Below the pieces are notes generated by a model. That model did not search any database. It was not told the origin of the DNA and saw only the letters and a list, made by a program, of their open reading frames with translations. The position numbers were made by a program, and so were the translations under genes. Source: Candidatus Poribacteria bacterium (GTDB lineage: Bacteria; Poribacteria; WGA-4E; PCPOR2b). Taken from it: 64,000 bases of DNA. Location of the stretch: positions 5,632,001-5,696,000 of the forward strand of contig OZ244587.1 in assembly GCA_965218095.1 (NCBI GenBank), read 5' to 3'. Shown here piece by piece: positions 28,600 to 39,734 of this stretch. Numbering within the stretch: the stretch's first letter is position 1; each line of letters begins with the position of its first letter.

Positions 28600-29194
28600 G
28601 ACATCAATCAAATCGGTTTAATCTTCGACGTACCGTTTTTTAATGCGCCTTCCGTTTGTGCCAAGTGGACGGGAGCCAGATCTGCTGTACATCGCAACCG
28701 AGCATCTTTCTCGGTTGGAAGATACCTATCTGGATGGTCCGGCGGACGTTGTGGTAGAAGTTGTTTCAACAGAAAGCATAGACTGAGACTACAACGGAAA
28801 GTTCAGCGAATACGTTCTTGGCGGCGTCCCTGAATACTGGCTGATAGATTTGTTGAAAGAGGAAGCAGTGTTCTATCATCTGTCAGACAAGGACAGGTAT
28901 GAACCCCTGCCTTTGGAAGATGGGATTATCTTCCGCTCTCAAGAGATCCCTGGATTTTGGCCTCGAGTCGATTGGCTTTGGCAGACGCCGTTACCGAATA
29001 CGTTTGACGCATTACAGGAATTGATGCCCGAGTTGCAAACGGAAGCCCTTCGTCAGGCAGAGATGAAAATCCGGGATGAAGCTAATGCCCGGCGACGGGA
29101 AGCCAATGCTCAACGTCAGGCGGAGGCGGAATTGGATCGGCTTCGAGTGGAGTTTGAAGCTTTACGCGGCCGCTCGGAGGAAGAAGAGCATTAA
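28600..29194 (+). pseudogene. Uma2-family (PD-(D/E)xK) endonuclease, disrupted
   Basis: REPDLLY..GPADVVVEVVS..*..GVPEYWLID; in-frame TGA 28784-28786; coiled-coil tail. Confidence 0.8.
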
Positions 29195-29350
29195 TGTGTT
29201 GAGCCTTTCAGATGATGCGCCGGATTGCATCGGGAGAAATAACGCGGACTGCGAGCTCGTAATCTTTTGGTCATCTCATCGAAAACCTTTGATTTCAATA
29301 CGCTTCGCTACTCAATCAACGAGGTTTTCGGATAATAGGGAGGATTTTTA

Positions 29351-30217
29351 ATGCTGAAATCTATCAGTGAAGATGTACTCAAAGCTGCCCAGACAATTCC
29401 ATATCCGTCAGATCTTTATCGCTTCGATGCAGTTACCGAAGGGATTTGGGGTGGCTTTGGAGCCATAACGGACGCGCATGTGCTATTTTTCCATGACCAC
29501 GGTTATCTGGTGGTTCACGATGCGTTCAGTCAAGCGGAAGTGCAAGAGATGTTGGAAGGGCTGCTGGACCTAATGGACGGGAAGCATCCGGATTACCGAG
29601 GTATCCAATTTGAACCGAAGCTAGTTAAACAGAAGTCGAAGCTTTCCTCGCAGGGGAGGCGCGATATCATCCGCAAAATCTTCCGTTTCGTGGAGTATGA
29701 ACCGCGTTTGAAGGCGATATCCGAGCATTCGGGGCTGATCGCCGTGGTTCAACGCCTCATTGGGGAAACACCCACCCTATTCCAGGACATGGGGTTGATT
29801 AAACCGCCGATGATCGGATCAGAGAAGCCGTGGCACCAGGACTGTGCCTACTTCAATTTACCGCTGGGGACGCCGGTCGTCGCGGCCTGGATTGCGTTGG
29901 ATGAAGCGACCCCTGAAAATGGCTGCATGCACATCATCCCTGGCTCCCATAAAGAAGGTCCGATGGTTCATTTCAAACGGCGAGATTGGCAGATCTGCGA
30001 CACCCATGTGCCTGTGCATCGAGATGTGATGGCGCCGCTCAAGCCGGGCGGCTGTCTTTTCTGGCATGGACTGTTGCATCATGGTACGCCCGCGAACCGA
30101 TCGAATCTGCGTCGTCGTGCGCTTCAATTCCATTATAGCCCCGCCGGCAGTGAGAGTACCACGACCAAAGAACGGATGGAGATTTTCGGGAGTGAGGGAA
30201 AAGACATCGATTGCTAA
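29351..30217 (+). CDS. phytanoyl-CoA dioxygenase (PhyH) family protein
   Basis: PWHQD, WIALD..ENGC..IPGSH, HHGT..N.S..RR. Confidence 0.92.
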   Translation: MLKSISEDVLKAAQTIPYPSDLYRFDAVTEGIWGGFGAITDAHVLFFHDHGYLVVHDAFSQAEVQEMLEGLLDLMDGKHPDYRGIQFEPKLVKQKSKLSSQGRRDIIRKIFRFVEYEPRLKAISEHSGLIAVVQRLIGETPTLFQDMGLIKPPMIGSEKPWHQDCAYFNLPLGTPVVAAWIALDEATPENGCMHIIPGSHKEGPMVHFKRRDWQICDTHVPVHRDVMAPLKPGGCLFWHGLLHHGTPANRSNLRRRALQFHYSPAGSESTTTKERMEIFGSEGKDIDC

Positions 30218-30411
30218 ATGTATAAAATGTATAAGTGGTTAAGGTGTTCTGCCACTATCGCTTGAGGGCAGAGAGTTTTGACAGGAACGATTGCTTCAAC
30301 CCCGATCTTCAATCGGCGACAGCTTGTTCACGTATTTTTGCCAGCATGTGCTCAGGTCAATTGCGCAAGTTCAAACCGTATATTATTTGAGTATTATAGC
30401 GGAGGTGAGTC

Positions 30412-31317
30412 ATGGAAATTCCGAAGGAGAATGGATTCACGGCGGTGGAGTACCAACGTCGGCTCGCCGCGGTGCGTGCTCAGATGGCTGACCGCGAAAT
30501 CGATCGCTGGTCGTCCTCAGTGCTGACAACACATACTACCTCACGGGTTATAATAGCGTTAACTCGTGAGACTTTCAGTGCTGTATTGTCGCGCAGAGCG
30601 GCGAGCCGGTGCTGTACACGGCGAACGACGATCCGGTGCGGAAGATCGTCGAATTGCTAGACGACCTCCGCCTGCGTGACAAACGCCTGGGGCTTGAAGA
30701 AAATAGCCCGAACCTGGGGGTGCACAATCACCAACGTTTGCAGCGAGCGTTAGCTGGTATCCAATGGACGGACGCTTCGGGTTTGGCAAACAAAGTCCGG
30801 CTAGTCAAGTCCCAGGAGGAGATTACCTGTATGCGTGAAGCGGCACGGTCGCGCACATTCCCATCCAGCGCGACGATTCGGTCTTTATCGAACTGGGGCT
30901 TGTGTGCGACGCTACACCGCACCATTAATGCGCACGACTGTTGTTGGGCCCATGCCTTCTGAACGTCAGGAGATCATGGAAGCCGCACAACTGGCAGTAC
31001 AGACCATCGTTGAGACTGCCCGAGCCGGTGTGCGGGCTTCAGACGTTGCAACGGCTGCATACAACAAGGCTATCAAGCAGATCGGGGATCGCATCCAGTT
31101 CCACCACAATTTCGGCTATTCGGTTGGCATTGGCTTTCCGCCGGATTGGTTGGAACCCATCCACTTTTTCATCCAACGAGACAACCACACCCCCTTGCAA
31201 GCCGGCATAACCTTCCATCTTCCCCTCACCCTGTGCGTCCTCGGCGTCTACGGCGTCGGTACCAGCGAGACCATCTTGATCACTGAGGAAGGGTGTGATG
31301 TCCTGACACAGGACTGA
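30412..31317 (+). pseudogene. M24 Xaa-Pro peptidase/ectoine hydrolase-like, fragmented
   Basis: Pieces in several frames: EYQRRL, RLVKSQEEI..MREA, RRYTAPLMRT, GYSVGIGFPP, SETILIT. Confidence 0.8.
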
Positions 31318-31701
31318 ACAGCATCACAAAAAAAACAGTGACGGCAAAAGGATGATACACGGTACTTTTTCTCAAATATCGCCGCCTGAATTGATTGCGC
31401 AGCGACTGGATTGGTAAACCTCCCGACTCTGTGTTTAACTGTCTCGAACGGGGTTTGTATCATCCTTTTGCTGCGACTGAAAAAAGATCTGTGCGCTGTG
31501 CACAGGACTCGGTGAATCTCCCGCCTAATTTTTAGACTGTGGATAGTGGCGATAGCCTTCCTACAACGAGGCAGATGATAAGGTTGCTATTGCTCTAAAG
31601 CATAAATATTCGGGCAATTGCCAAGACTCAGACCCTAATCTTCAATTGGGGTCTACCTTGACTGTCCAAATACTTCTGCATCGAACCACTATCCACGTTT
31701 T

Positions 31702-32109
31702 CTATCTCGCCTGAACACCCGGCCATTGATCATCACTCGCCGTCACGTCCACCACAATCCCATCAGGGTCTTCCACCTTGAACGATTCATCTGGGGGTAA
31801 ATTCGAATTGTAGGCTTTCCCACCCACCCCATCCGATATAATCTCGAACCCATTCGCCTCACACCGTCTCGCGGCTTCCTGCAGGTCCGGGACGCGCACG
31901 CCGATGTGGAGGTAGTCCAACATTCCGCCCACATGCGCTGGACGCTCCGGTCCGTTGTGCTGGAAGACCCGGAAGTTGTGGTAGCCGTCGGTGAGATCGT
32001 AGCAGCCTTCTATTGTCGAAAAAACTTCCAATCCGAGGGCGTCGCGCCAAAACCGAATGGTCTCTTCTAAATTGCTGGCGCGAACGCCGACATGTACGAG
32101 AGTAGGCAT
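31702..32109 (-). CDS. VOC/glyoxalase family protein
   Basis: HVGVR..FW..ALG, HIGVRV, EDPDGIVVD. Confidence 0.85.
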   Translation of the reverse strand: MPTLVHVGVRASNLEETIRFWRDALGLEVFSTIEGCYDLTDGYHNFRVFQHNGPERPAHVGGMLDYLHIGVRVPDLQEAARRCEANGFEIISDGVGGKAYNSNLPPDESFKVEDPDGIVVDVTASDDQWPGVQAR

Positions 32110-32260
32110 AATTCATTCTTCCTTCTGAGAAAGGTTACGAAGTTGCGGAAATTGTAGCACACTTCCACAGGAAGTCAAACGAAAATCTCCGAACAACGTC
32201 ATTTGAACCGTTACACACTTTTTTGCAAGATTGTCGCGTCAAGTTGGGGTTTATATGAGT

Positions 32261-33166
32261 TCATTCACTCTCTTCCTGATCCAACTTCGCCACCGCCTCC
32301 TGCGCAGCCTCTGAGCCCGGTTGCAAGGCAATTACCTTCTCGTAATCGGCGTGTGCCTCCACATCATACCCTAGCTGCTCATAGGCCCATGCCCTTCGGT
32401 AGTAGACCGGCCCCAACATCGGATGATCCCCGCCCCACTCCTGAATCTCAAAGGCCGAAAGCTCAACCACCTTGCGATAGTCAAATTCCGCGTCTTGTGG
32501 TTGACCCAATCGCTCATAGATGTCCGAACGACTGAGATACGCCTCTGCAAATTCTGGTGTGATCTCGATTGCTTTGTCAAAATCTGCAAGGGCGAGTCGA
32601 TCTTCGCCCAACTGAGTATAGGCTTTGCCGCGATAATAGTAGGCTGCTGCGCTTGGTCTACGCTTAATCACCGCCGCATAGTCCGCAAGGGCGCTTTGCT
32701 TATCCCCCATCTCCAGATAGGCTTCTGCCCGTTTCCAGGTCACAAACGCCGCCCATCTTTTCTTCAACGATGCGGTGTAATCCGCAATTGCTTTCTGATA
32801 ATCGTCCAACGCACGATGAGCATCGCCACGACTGTAGTATGCATCTGCTGCGTACCGCTTCAGGCTTAACGTCTGGGTATAATCCGCGATTGCTTTCTGG
32901 TATTCGCCCAAGCGATAGTAAGTCAGTCCACGCTTGATGTAGGCTTCTGCGTACTTTGCGTCGATTTTGATTGCGCGCGTGAAGGCGTATACTGCCTGCT
33001 GATAATCGTGATTTGTTCTTAGCTTCAGGAGCGCTGCGCCTTCCGCCACAGCATTGAGGGCCTCCGGATCTTCGCCTTTCAGGCTGTCCCAGGTCACGAA
33101 TCGGGAGGCAATGAGGATACAGGCGATTAACACAGGTAACATGACGTAGATCAATAAACGTGACAT
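32261..33166 (-). CDS. TPR repeat protein with N-terminal TM
   Basis: Multiple AY..RG..Y..LG.Y..AI.DY repeats. Confidence 0.9.
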   Translation of the reverse strand: MSRLLIYVMLPVLIACILIASRFVTWDSLKGEDPEALNAVAEGAALLKLRTNHDYQQAVYAFTRAIKIDAKYAEAYIKRGLTYYRLGEYQKAIADYTQTLSLKRYAADAYYSRGDAHRALDDYQKAIADYTASLKKRWAAFVTWKRAEAYLEMGDKQSALADYAAVIKRRPSAAAYYYRGKAYTQLGEDRLALADFDKAIEITPEFAEAYLSRSDIYERLGQPQDAEFDYRKVVELSAFEIQEWGGDHPMLGPVYYRRAWAYEQLGYDVEAHADYEKVIALQPGSEAAQEAVAKLDQEESE

Positions 33167-33242
33167 GGATTATCCTTTGCGAAACGAAATGTGATGCCAG
33201 GAGGGTCATCTTTCCAAACCTGACAGGCTAGCCCTAACACCT

Positions 33243-34256
33243 TCAGGGATACAGTGGATGGATGTCTGCACCATATTTCAGGTCAGAGACAGACTCATAT
33301 CGTTTAGAGAGATCGATAGCAAGATAGGACCGAGTTCCCGGCTGTGCGCCATAGCCGGTGGAGAAAAAGAGTTGACGTTCACCGAGTCGTGCCACGCCAT
33401 CTTTGATGTTCTTCTTCGGGAAATAACCCAGTGGCGTATGTCCCACAATCAGCAGGCGCCCCCCGATTTGTTTGAGAAACGCATCCGTTTGAGACGGCAT
33501 GTATCCACCAACCTTTGCAACGGCGGGACGGTCCCAGAGTAGTTCCTCAAGCACCTTTTTGCTTGGATGGGTGAGATCGGCAAGCCCTTTGGCGGAGCGC
33601 GACGTACCGGCGTGGACGCCAACGAAGCCGTTTTTACCGACTGCGACTGTTGGGAGGCTGATCAGGTAATCGTAATGTTCGTCCGTCATCCGCTCAATAA
33701 AATTGAACTGCTGAAAATAGGGGCCTTGTGGGCTTCTATAAAGCCGATCAATCATACGCCCACGGTTGTCCGCGTTCATACCGTTCTTCTTGAGCAGCGC
33801 ATAAGTATCGGCGACAGCAAGTTCGTGATTCCCTTTGAGGTAGATTAACCGTTCTGCGCCTAACTGCTGTTGAAGCTGCATGATTCGATCGACAATCCTT
33901 GCATCCCCATAAGGTTCAAAGATCGAATCACCCGGTTTGTGGTCAACGACATCGCCGAGAATCAAACCGTAGACATCCTCCCCGGCCTCAATCCGCTCTA
34001 CCAGCTTTGTTCGAATCAACCATTGATTGAAGTCATTCCAATGTGTATGAAAGTCTGTCGCAATATACACGGTTCCGTGATCGGGGAGGACAACCAACTC
34101 GCCATCCCGTGTCGGTCGATTCGGGTAATCGGCGAGTTGGTTGGATTCTGTCGCTGCCGAGGTGCTGAGACTGAGTAAAACGTAAAACGTAATGCGTATT
34201 GCGTGTTGCGTGAATGAACGTCTGAACCAATGAATCCATTTTCCCATTTTCCCCAT
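33243..34256 (-). CDS. calcineurin-like metallophosphoesterase
   Basis: TDFH, LGDVVD, KGNHE, VHAG, GHTP. Confidence 0.85.
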   Translation of the reverse strand: MGKMGKWIHWFRRSFTQHAIRITFYVLLSLSTSAATESNQLADYPNRPTRDGELVVLPDHGTVYIATDFHTHWNDFNQWLIRTKLVERIEAGEDVYGLILGDVVDHKPGDSIFEPYGDARIVDRIMQLQQQLGAERLIYLKGNHELAVADTYALLKKNGMNADNRGRMIDRLYRSPQGPYFQQFNFIERMTDEHYDYLISLPTVAVGKNGFVGVHAGTSRSAKGLADLTHPSKKVLEELLWDRPAVAKVGGYMPSQTDAFLKQIGGRLLIVGHTPLGYFPKKNIKDGVARLGERQLFFSTGYGAQPGTRSYLAIDLSKRYESVSDLKYGADIHPLYP

Positions 34257-34309
34257 TCCCGCCTCATTTCCTTATGTGAAATGTCGTTTTCGAATCGGAC
34301 AAATGGACT

Positions 34310-34738
34310 TTACCCAGAGATGAGAAACTTGATGAGGGCAATCCCTATGGCGACCCAAATGAGCAAAATCAAACCGATCATCCATTTATAGATGTTATCT
34401 GTCGAGTCAGACACTTTGCTAATCCTATCATTGAGTTGGTCAATCTTATTATCAATACGGCTATTCGTTTGATCAATACGTCCGCCAAGTTCGGTTTGTA
34501 CTTCATTGAGCCGATCGCTCAGTTCAGCACCCATGCGATCGATGCGCCCACTGAGTTTAGCATTGATACTATCGATACGACCAACCAATTCAATTCTGAA
34601 ATCTCGCACTTTATTCTCAAGATTGTCAATCCGCTTTTCCAGTTGTGAAACGACGCCTTCCAACCTTGAGATATTGTGGGTGTTAATCTCCACCATCTCA
34701 CGAAGTGCGATTAGATCAGGATTGATAAGTTCTTGCAT
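34310..34738 (-). CDS. coiled-coil protein with 11-aa repeats and C-terminal TM (DUF1640/Bdr-like)
   Basis: EL.GRID repeats then KWMIGLILLIW. Confidence 0.7.
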   Translation of the reverse strand: MQELINPDLIALREMVEINTHNISRLEGVVSQLEKRIDNLENKVRDFRIELVGRIDSINAKLSGRIDRMGAELSDRLNEVQTELGGRIDQTNSRIDNKIDQLNDRISKVSDSTDNIYKWMIGLILLIWVAIGIALIKFLISG

Positions 34739-34772
34739 CGCTTTTTCTTCCGTTTTACGCTTCACGCATACA

Positions 34773-35591
34773 CTACCGTGTCGTCAGATTATCCCCCAAA
34801 TTGGTGGCGTCGATCTTGCTGCGTTCAAGGCAGACGGCGACAACGAGCATTTCGAGGTCTTCTTGCGTGTGGTTATAAATCCCATGCGATCCACCAAGCC
34901 AATTCGGGATTACAGCGCCAGGGTAGACTTCCTCTGTTTCATTGTCTACTGTCATCCGGCCGCTGCCATTCATGATGATATAGGCTTCTTCGATGGTGTC
35001 ATGCCGATGATAGCCGACAGAGGTGCCGGGCGGTAACAAGGCATGTCCGACGAATCCCCAGTTGTTTCGGAAATCCTGATGTTCCCATAGCATTCGGACA
35101 CCGACTTCGCCTTTGCCTTGGTGCGAAGGGTGATAGGCCAGCAGATTACGGTCAAGTCTAGCAACAGGAAGGCGGTCGACCGACTCCAGCGGCGCGTTGG
35201 CGCGATCATCGCCGAAATCCGTCGAATCTGCGGGTTTGCCCACCGCCGCGACGTTGAAGTTGAACCAGCGGGTTTCTTTGTCGGTATGGTTATAGATGGC
35301 GTGAGACTCCCCTTGACGCAGGGGCACCGCCGCGCTACCGATGACCTCTGCCGTGCGGCCATTGTGCGTAAATTGCGCCGCGTTATCGATCGTGACGAAG
35401 ACCTCCTCAGCGGTATCGTGTCGATGATGACCGATACCGCCGCCAGGCGGAAGAATGGCGCTATGGATAAACCGCCATGGGGTGCCAAAATCGTCGCCTT
35501 CAAAAAGGCTTTTGAAAAGTATCGACCCCGCCCCACCATGGACGCCGCTGATTTCCTGCATCTCTTCGCGTCGAGCATAAGCAATTCTCAT
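34773..35591 (-). CDS. bicupin protein
   Basis: Two G.HRHD..EE...H.IYNHT cupin motifs. Confidence 0.85.
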   Translation of the reverse strand: MRIAYARREEMQEISGVHGGAGSILFKSLFEGDDFGTPWRFIHSAILPPGGGIGHHRHDTAEEVFVTIDNAAQFTHNGRTAEVIGSAAVPLRQGESHAIYNHTDKETRWFNFNVAAVGKPADSTDFGDDRANAPLESVDRLPVARLDRNLLAYHPSHQGKGEVGVRMLWEHQDFRNNWGFVGHALLPPGTSVGYHRHDTIEEAYIIMNGSGRMTVDNETEEVYPGAVIPNWLGGSHGIYNHTQEDLEMLVVAVCLERSKIDATNLGDNLTTR

Positions 35592-35700
35592 CTTCAGATC
35601 TCCTTTCAAAAATCAACGAACCAAGATATAATCTCTGATTGACAATGTAAATTCTACACCCCTTGTGGAGACTACATCCTTACCAACTAGCACCAAAGGT

Positions 35701-35770
35701 TATTATACAAAAGCCTCCGTTTCTTTGCAATTAGAATATCGTTGACTAAAACCGGCAAACCTGCTATAAT
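35701..35770. promoter_or_regulatory. divergent sigma70 promoters
   Basis: + TTGACT-17-TATAAT (35742-35770); - TTGCAA-17-TATAAT (about 35702-35730). Confidence 0.6.
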
Positions 35771-35935
35771 CCTCTACTTGCTAAGTAAATAATACTAGCC
35801 GGACGATGCTCTTCATCGTGTGTGAAGTAGAGGTTTAGATGCGTACTCAAGTAACACTGTAAATATAACCCATCTCATATTTTGCGCATTACGTTCGAGA
35901 TCTGATTTGGAAAAATATGAAGGGAGAAATACCCC

Positions 35936-36862
35936 ATGAAATTAGTAAGTTTTCAGAGTTCCGACGGCGCCAAACTCGGCGCCTCAGTCGATGATAAGGT
36001 TTTAGATCTGCAAGCCACCTATCAAGCTGCAGTGACAGATGACGCACTGCCTGCACTTTTGAGCGGCATGATTCCATTTCTCGAAGGTGGGCAGAGAGCG
36101 TTTGACGCCGCAACGCACGCAATCAATGTGGCAGCGGAAAATCCAGAGAAAGTTGTCTGGTCTACAGATCCACTCCTCCCGCCGATTCCCAATCCGAGAA
36201 AGCTATTGCTGCTCGCCGGAAATTATGCTGCGCATATTGAAGAGGGCGGCGGCACAGCCTTGAGCCGGTTGGAGACGACGCCGCGCGTGTTCATGAAACC
36301 GCCAAGCACGACCCTAACAGCCCATGAACAACCAATCATCATTCCTCCCAATGGTGTCTTTACCGATTGGGAAGCGGAGCTCGGCGTGGTCATTGGCAAA
36401 CGCGGGAAATTCATCTCCGCCGCCGACGCTTACGACCATGTTGCGGGATATACCGCTGTCAATGATGTCTCCGAGCGCGAGTTGAAGGTCAAAGATAGCC
36501 GCGTGGATCGAGAAGGAGACGAGTGGTTTGATTGGCTTAATGGGAAGTGGTTCGACACCTTTGCGCCGGTCGGTCCCTGCATGACGACAAAGGACGACAT
36601 CCCCGATCCGCAGAATTTGCGTATCTCGTGCCGTGTCAATGGTGAAACTAAACAGGATGCGAACACAGGACACATGATCTTTAATTGCGCCGGACTGGTC
36701 GAATTTATTTCGACACTGGTCACGCTTGAGCCCGGTGATATTATCTCAACAGGCACCCCCTCTGGTGTCGGACACCCCGATCAAAAACTTGGCGATGGGG
36801 ATGTCGTTGAGGTCGAGATTGAGAAGATCGGCGTGCTGAGGAATCTCGTCGTTCAGAAGTAA
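35936..36862 (+). CDS. fumarylacetoacetate hydrolase family protein
   Basis: NYAAH, FMKP, DWEAEL, NDVSER, GK.FDTF, TGTP.GV. Confidence 0.92.
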   Translation: MKLVSFQSSDGAKLGASVDDKVLDLQATYQAAVTDDALPALLSGMIPFLEGGQRAFDAATHAINVAAENPEKVVWSTDPLLPPIPNPRKLLLLAGNYAAHIEEGGGTALSRLETTPRVFMKPPSTTLTAHEQPIIIPPNGVFTDWEAELGVVIGKRGKFISAADAYDHVAGYTAVNDVSERELKVKDSRVDREGDEWFDWLNGKWFDTFAPVGPCMTTKDDIPDPQNLRISCRVNGETKQDANTGHMIFNCAGLVEFISTLVTLEPGDIISTGTPSGVGHPDQKLGDGDVVEVEIEKIGVLRNLVVQK

Positions 36863-36869
36863 AACATTC

Positions 36870-36902
36870 AACCTTGAAAAGGTTCTAAACCCTTTCAAGG
36901 TT
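36870..36902. repeat. AACCT..AGGTT palindromic repeat
   Basis: AACCTTGAAAAGGTT-ct-AAACCCTTTCAAGGTT; related copies at 38205 and 52556. Confidence 0.6.
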
Positions 36903-36951
36903 TGGATTCGTTTCTCAGGTAGTACGCATCACCCAATGAAAGGGCGTTGCA

Positions 36952-38157
36952 ATGCCCGAACGTAAAAAGATAGCAGCCGTCATCACGACCTACTTTCCGC
37001 GCTCTCACGCAGACGTAATCGTCACAAAGTATATGAAGGGATTCCCGACCAACGAGGGGTTTCGCCAGCCGCGCGTCGAGCTCGTCTCAATCTATCTGGA
37101 TCAGATCGACCCACGCGACATCGGGCGAGGACTTGCCGAAGCGCACAATGTCCCGATCCATCAGAGCATTCGGGAAGCGTTGACATTGGGTGGGGATGAA
37201 CTCACTGTCGATGGCGTTCTGCTCATTGGCGAACACGGGGATTATCCGTACAATGAGCTTGAGCAGCACATGTATCCGCGGCGTTATTTGTTTGAGCAGA
37301 TCTGCGGCATTTTCGCATCGAGTGGGCGTTCCGTCCCCGTTTTCTGCGACAAGCACCTCTCGTATAACTGGACGGATGCCAAATGGATGTACGACCGTGC
37401 GAGGGAACTCAGCGTGCCATTTATGGCGGGGTCATCGCTGCCGACCTGCTGGCGGAATCCGTTTCTTGAGTATAACCTTGACACCCCGCTCGAAGCTGCA
37501 ATCGGTATCGGCCATGGCGGAATAGAGTCCTACGGCTTCCATGCTCTAGAGACGTTGCAGTGCATGATTGAGCGACGCGGGGGTGGAGAGTCCGGCGTCA
37601 CTGCTGTACAATGCCTTGAAGGAAAAGCGGTCTGGACGGCAGCGGAGAAGGGGCTTTGGTCACGCGAATTGGCGGAGGCAGCATGCGCCCCAATCGAAGA
37701 TAAGCCGGAGGGACGGATGGAAAAACACTGTGAAAATCCAGCCGCTTTTCTGATTGAGCACAGCGATAGGTTCAGGTCAACGGTGCTGATGTTAAACGGC
37801 TATACAAGCCATTTTGCTTATGCGGGTCAGGTGAACGGCGAAATTCAGGGAACAGAATTTTACCTGCAAAGTGGAAACCCGTATGCCCACTTTAGCTATC
37901 TCAGCTTGAATATTGAGGAGATGTTCCTCACAGGCGTCTCGCAGTACCCCGTCGAGCGGACATTGTTGACAACGGGAGTCCTAGATGCAGCCATGCACTC
38001 GAGGCATCAGGGGCATGTCCGGCTGGAAACGCCTTACTTGGCAAATCTTGCTTATCGTTCCTACGAAAAGCTGCCGATTCGACCAACAGAACCCCGTCCC
38101 GGCGGATCTACGCTAGATCCTTGGCCGCCGGATTCGCCGAACAACGAATCAATTTAG
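36952..38157 (+). CDS. conserved hypothetical oxidoreductase-like protein
   Basis: 401 aa; IGEHGDYP, DKHLSY, MAGSSLP, YGFHALE. Confidence 0.75.
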   Translation: MPERKKIAAVITTYFPRSHADVIVTKYMKGFPTNEGFRQPRVELVSIYLDQIDPRDIGRGLAEAHNVPIHQSIREALTLGGDELTVDGVLLIGEHGDYPYNELEQHMYPRRYLFEQICGIFASSGRSVPVFCDKHLSYNWTDAKWMYDRARELSVPFMAGSSLPTCWRNPFLEYNLDTPLEAAIGIGHGGIESYGFHALETLQCMIERRGGGESGVTAVQCLEGKAVWTAAEKGLWSRELAEAACAPIEDKPEGRMEKHCENPAAFLIEHSDRFRSTVLMLNGYTSHFAYAGQVNGEIQGTEFYLQSGNPYAHFSYLSLNIEEMFLTGVSQYPVERTLLTTGVLDAAMHSRHQGHVRLETPYLANLAYRSYEKLPIRPTEPRPGGSTLDPWPPDSPNNESI

Positions 38158-38397
38158 GTACTTGAAGAAAACTCCAAAGCAGAAATTTAACGGCCCCGCG
38201 TCACAGGTTTCAAAAACCTGTCAGGTCTGATATAGGCGTCGCATCAAGACGAAGATACAGCAAGGCAAAGGACGACCTTCGCTGAAAAATGCTTCCCCCC
38301 ATCTCCTCTGCCCCCTTTCACTCTCACCCCCCTTCTCACGAACCCGGTGTTTATGCGTCCTCGCATTGAAATTCAAAAAACCGATCAGTTCGTTACT

Positions 38398-39066
38398 TCA
38401 TGATGTCACCATTTTTTTCAGAAGGTGATCGATTCGGTTGAGATAACGCAGTTGTGTCCGTTCTAGTGTTATTGATAGCTTACTAAGCCCCGTATTGTTT
38501 TGGCTGAAACGCTCGTAGTCTACATCGGGGGGCAAGCTAAAGAGCGCACTGAGGAGGCTTGATCCAGACCCACCATGCGTGACAGCAGCAACCCGTTCAT
38601 CTGTACCGTCGTGATGCACTTTCAAATGCGCAATGAAAGCGAGCGCATTCCCATGTGCCAATTGCAGCATCTTTTCGGCGCCCGCCCACCCCTGAAACCA
38701 CCAGCCCTGGTCAGTTACATCTTTGGGTAAAACAACGCTGGGACAGATCTCACGCATTTCAGATCTGGTCAATCCGGGCAGTTGTATGGCAACTTTATCT
38801 CCGCGATCTTCCCAAACGCCGCCCCACTCATGAAGGCCAACGAAAATATGTGGGGAAAGATCGAGGTTGTCGCCGATAATCTGGGCAGTCTGCAATGTTC
38901 TCAGCATCGGGCTACAGTAGAGCCTGATGATGCCTTCATCCTTGAGTGATTGACCAGCTTGCCGAGCCTGTTCTTTGCCAAGCTCGGTCAGCGGTGGATC
39001 GGCAAGACGAGGGCTATCACCTCGGTTGTTGGTGGATTGTCCATGTCGAATAAGGTAAAGTTCCAT
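38398..39066 (-). CDS. histidine phosphatase family protein
   Basis: LIRHGQS, SPMLRTLQTA, VTHGG. Confidence 0.88.
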   Translation of the reverse strand: MELYLIRHGQSTNNRGDSPRLADPPLTELGKEQARQAGQSLKDEGIIRLYCSPMLRTLQTAQIIGDNLDLSPHIFVGLHEWGGVWEDRGDKVAIQLPGLTRSEMREICPSVVLPKDVTDQGWWFQGWAGAEKMLQLAHGNALAFIAHLKVHHDGTDERVAAVTHGGSGSSLLSALFSLPPDVDYERFSQNNTGLSKLSITLERTQLRYLNRIDHLLKKMVTS

Positions 39067-39069
39067 GAT

Positions 39070-39500
39070 AAATTCCTTTCTCTGGTGGTTGATGGCGGAT
39101 TTCGCACGAACGACTCCTGAACCCACTCAACCTGTTCAGTTTCCATAGATTTATTTGCCGCAATGGTCACAGCAAGAGGTTTGACCACATTAGCATAAGT
39201 CGATCGGACAAGCCCCTGGTTATTCGATTCGACAGCCCGGATAAAATGCTCGATCTATCGAAAATATGCGTGCTCTGTTCAAGCATCTGACCACCACCCA
39301 TAGCAAATTTTCCCCACCACGGATGGCTTGCGCCCATACGGGCGAGGAATCGCCCGAATCCCATCGCCAGCTTTCGATCTCCGATAATCTCCTTCGTCTT
39401 CTGAGTGAGCCCGCTGTAGCGTGCCATATATACTGCGAACGGTCACAAACTGCGCTTGTGCAACGTTAAAAATGCACCCGGATGAAATTGACCATGCAAG
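39070..39500 (-). pseudogene. Gfo/Idh/MocA oxidoreductase remnant
   Basis: RYS..TQKTKEI...WW....GGGQMLEQSTHIFD fragment. Confidence 0.6.
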
Positions 39501-39734
39501 GATACCTCTCCCAACCTTGTCTTATTATACTATGTTTTAGATCTGTTCGCATGATAAAATGCACAGTCGATTTCCCAGATTTCTGACTTCCCTCATCGGC
39601 GCCAGATTAGGGATGAAAAGCTCATAGCATGTGCTTAAAAAGTGCTTGCTTTCTAAGCTGAATTGGTGTATGCTATAAAAAATTCACCTTTCAGATTTAT
39701 CAATCATGTCAATTTTTACAGGCAGGAAATAAGG

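Noticed and set aside
31320-31660. Transposase remnant
   Set aside because: Could not assign any motif with confidence
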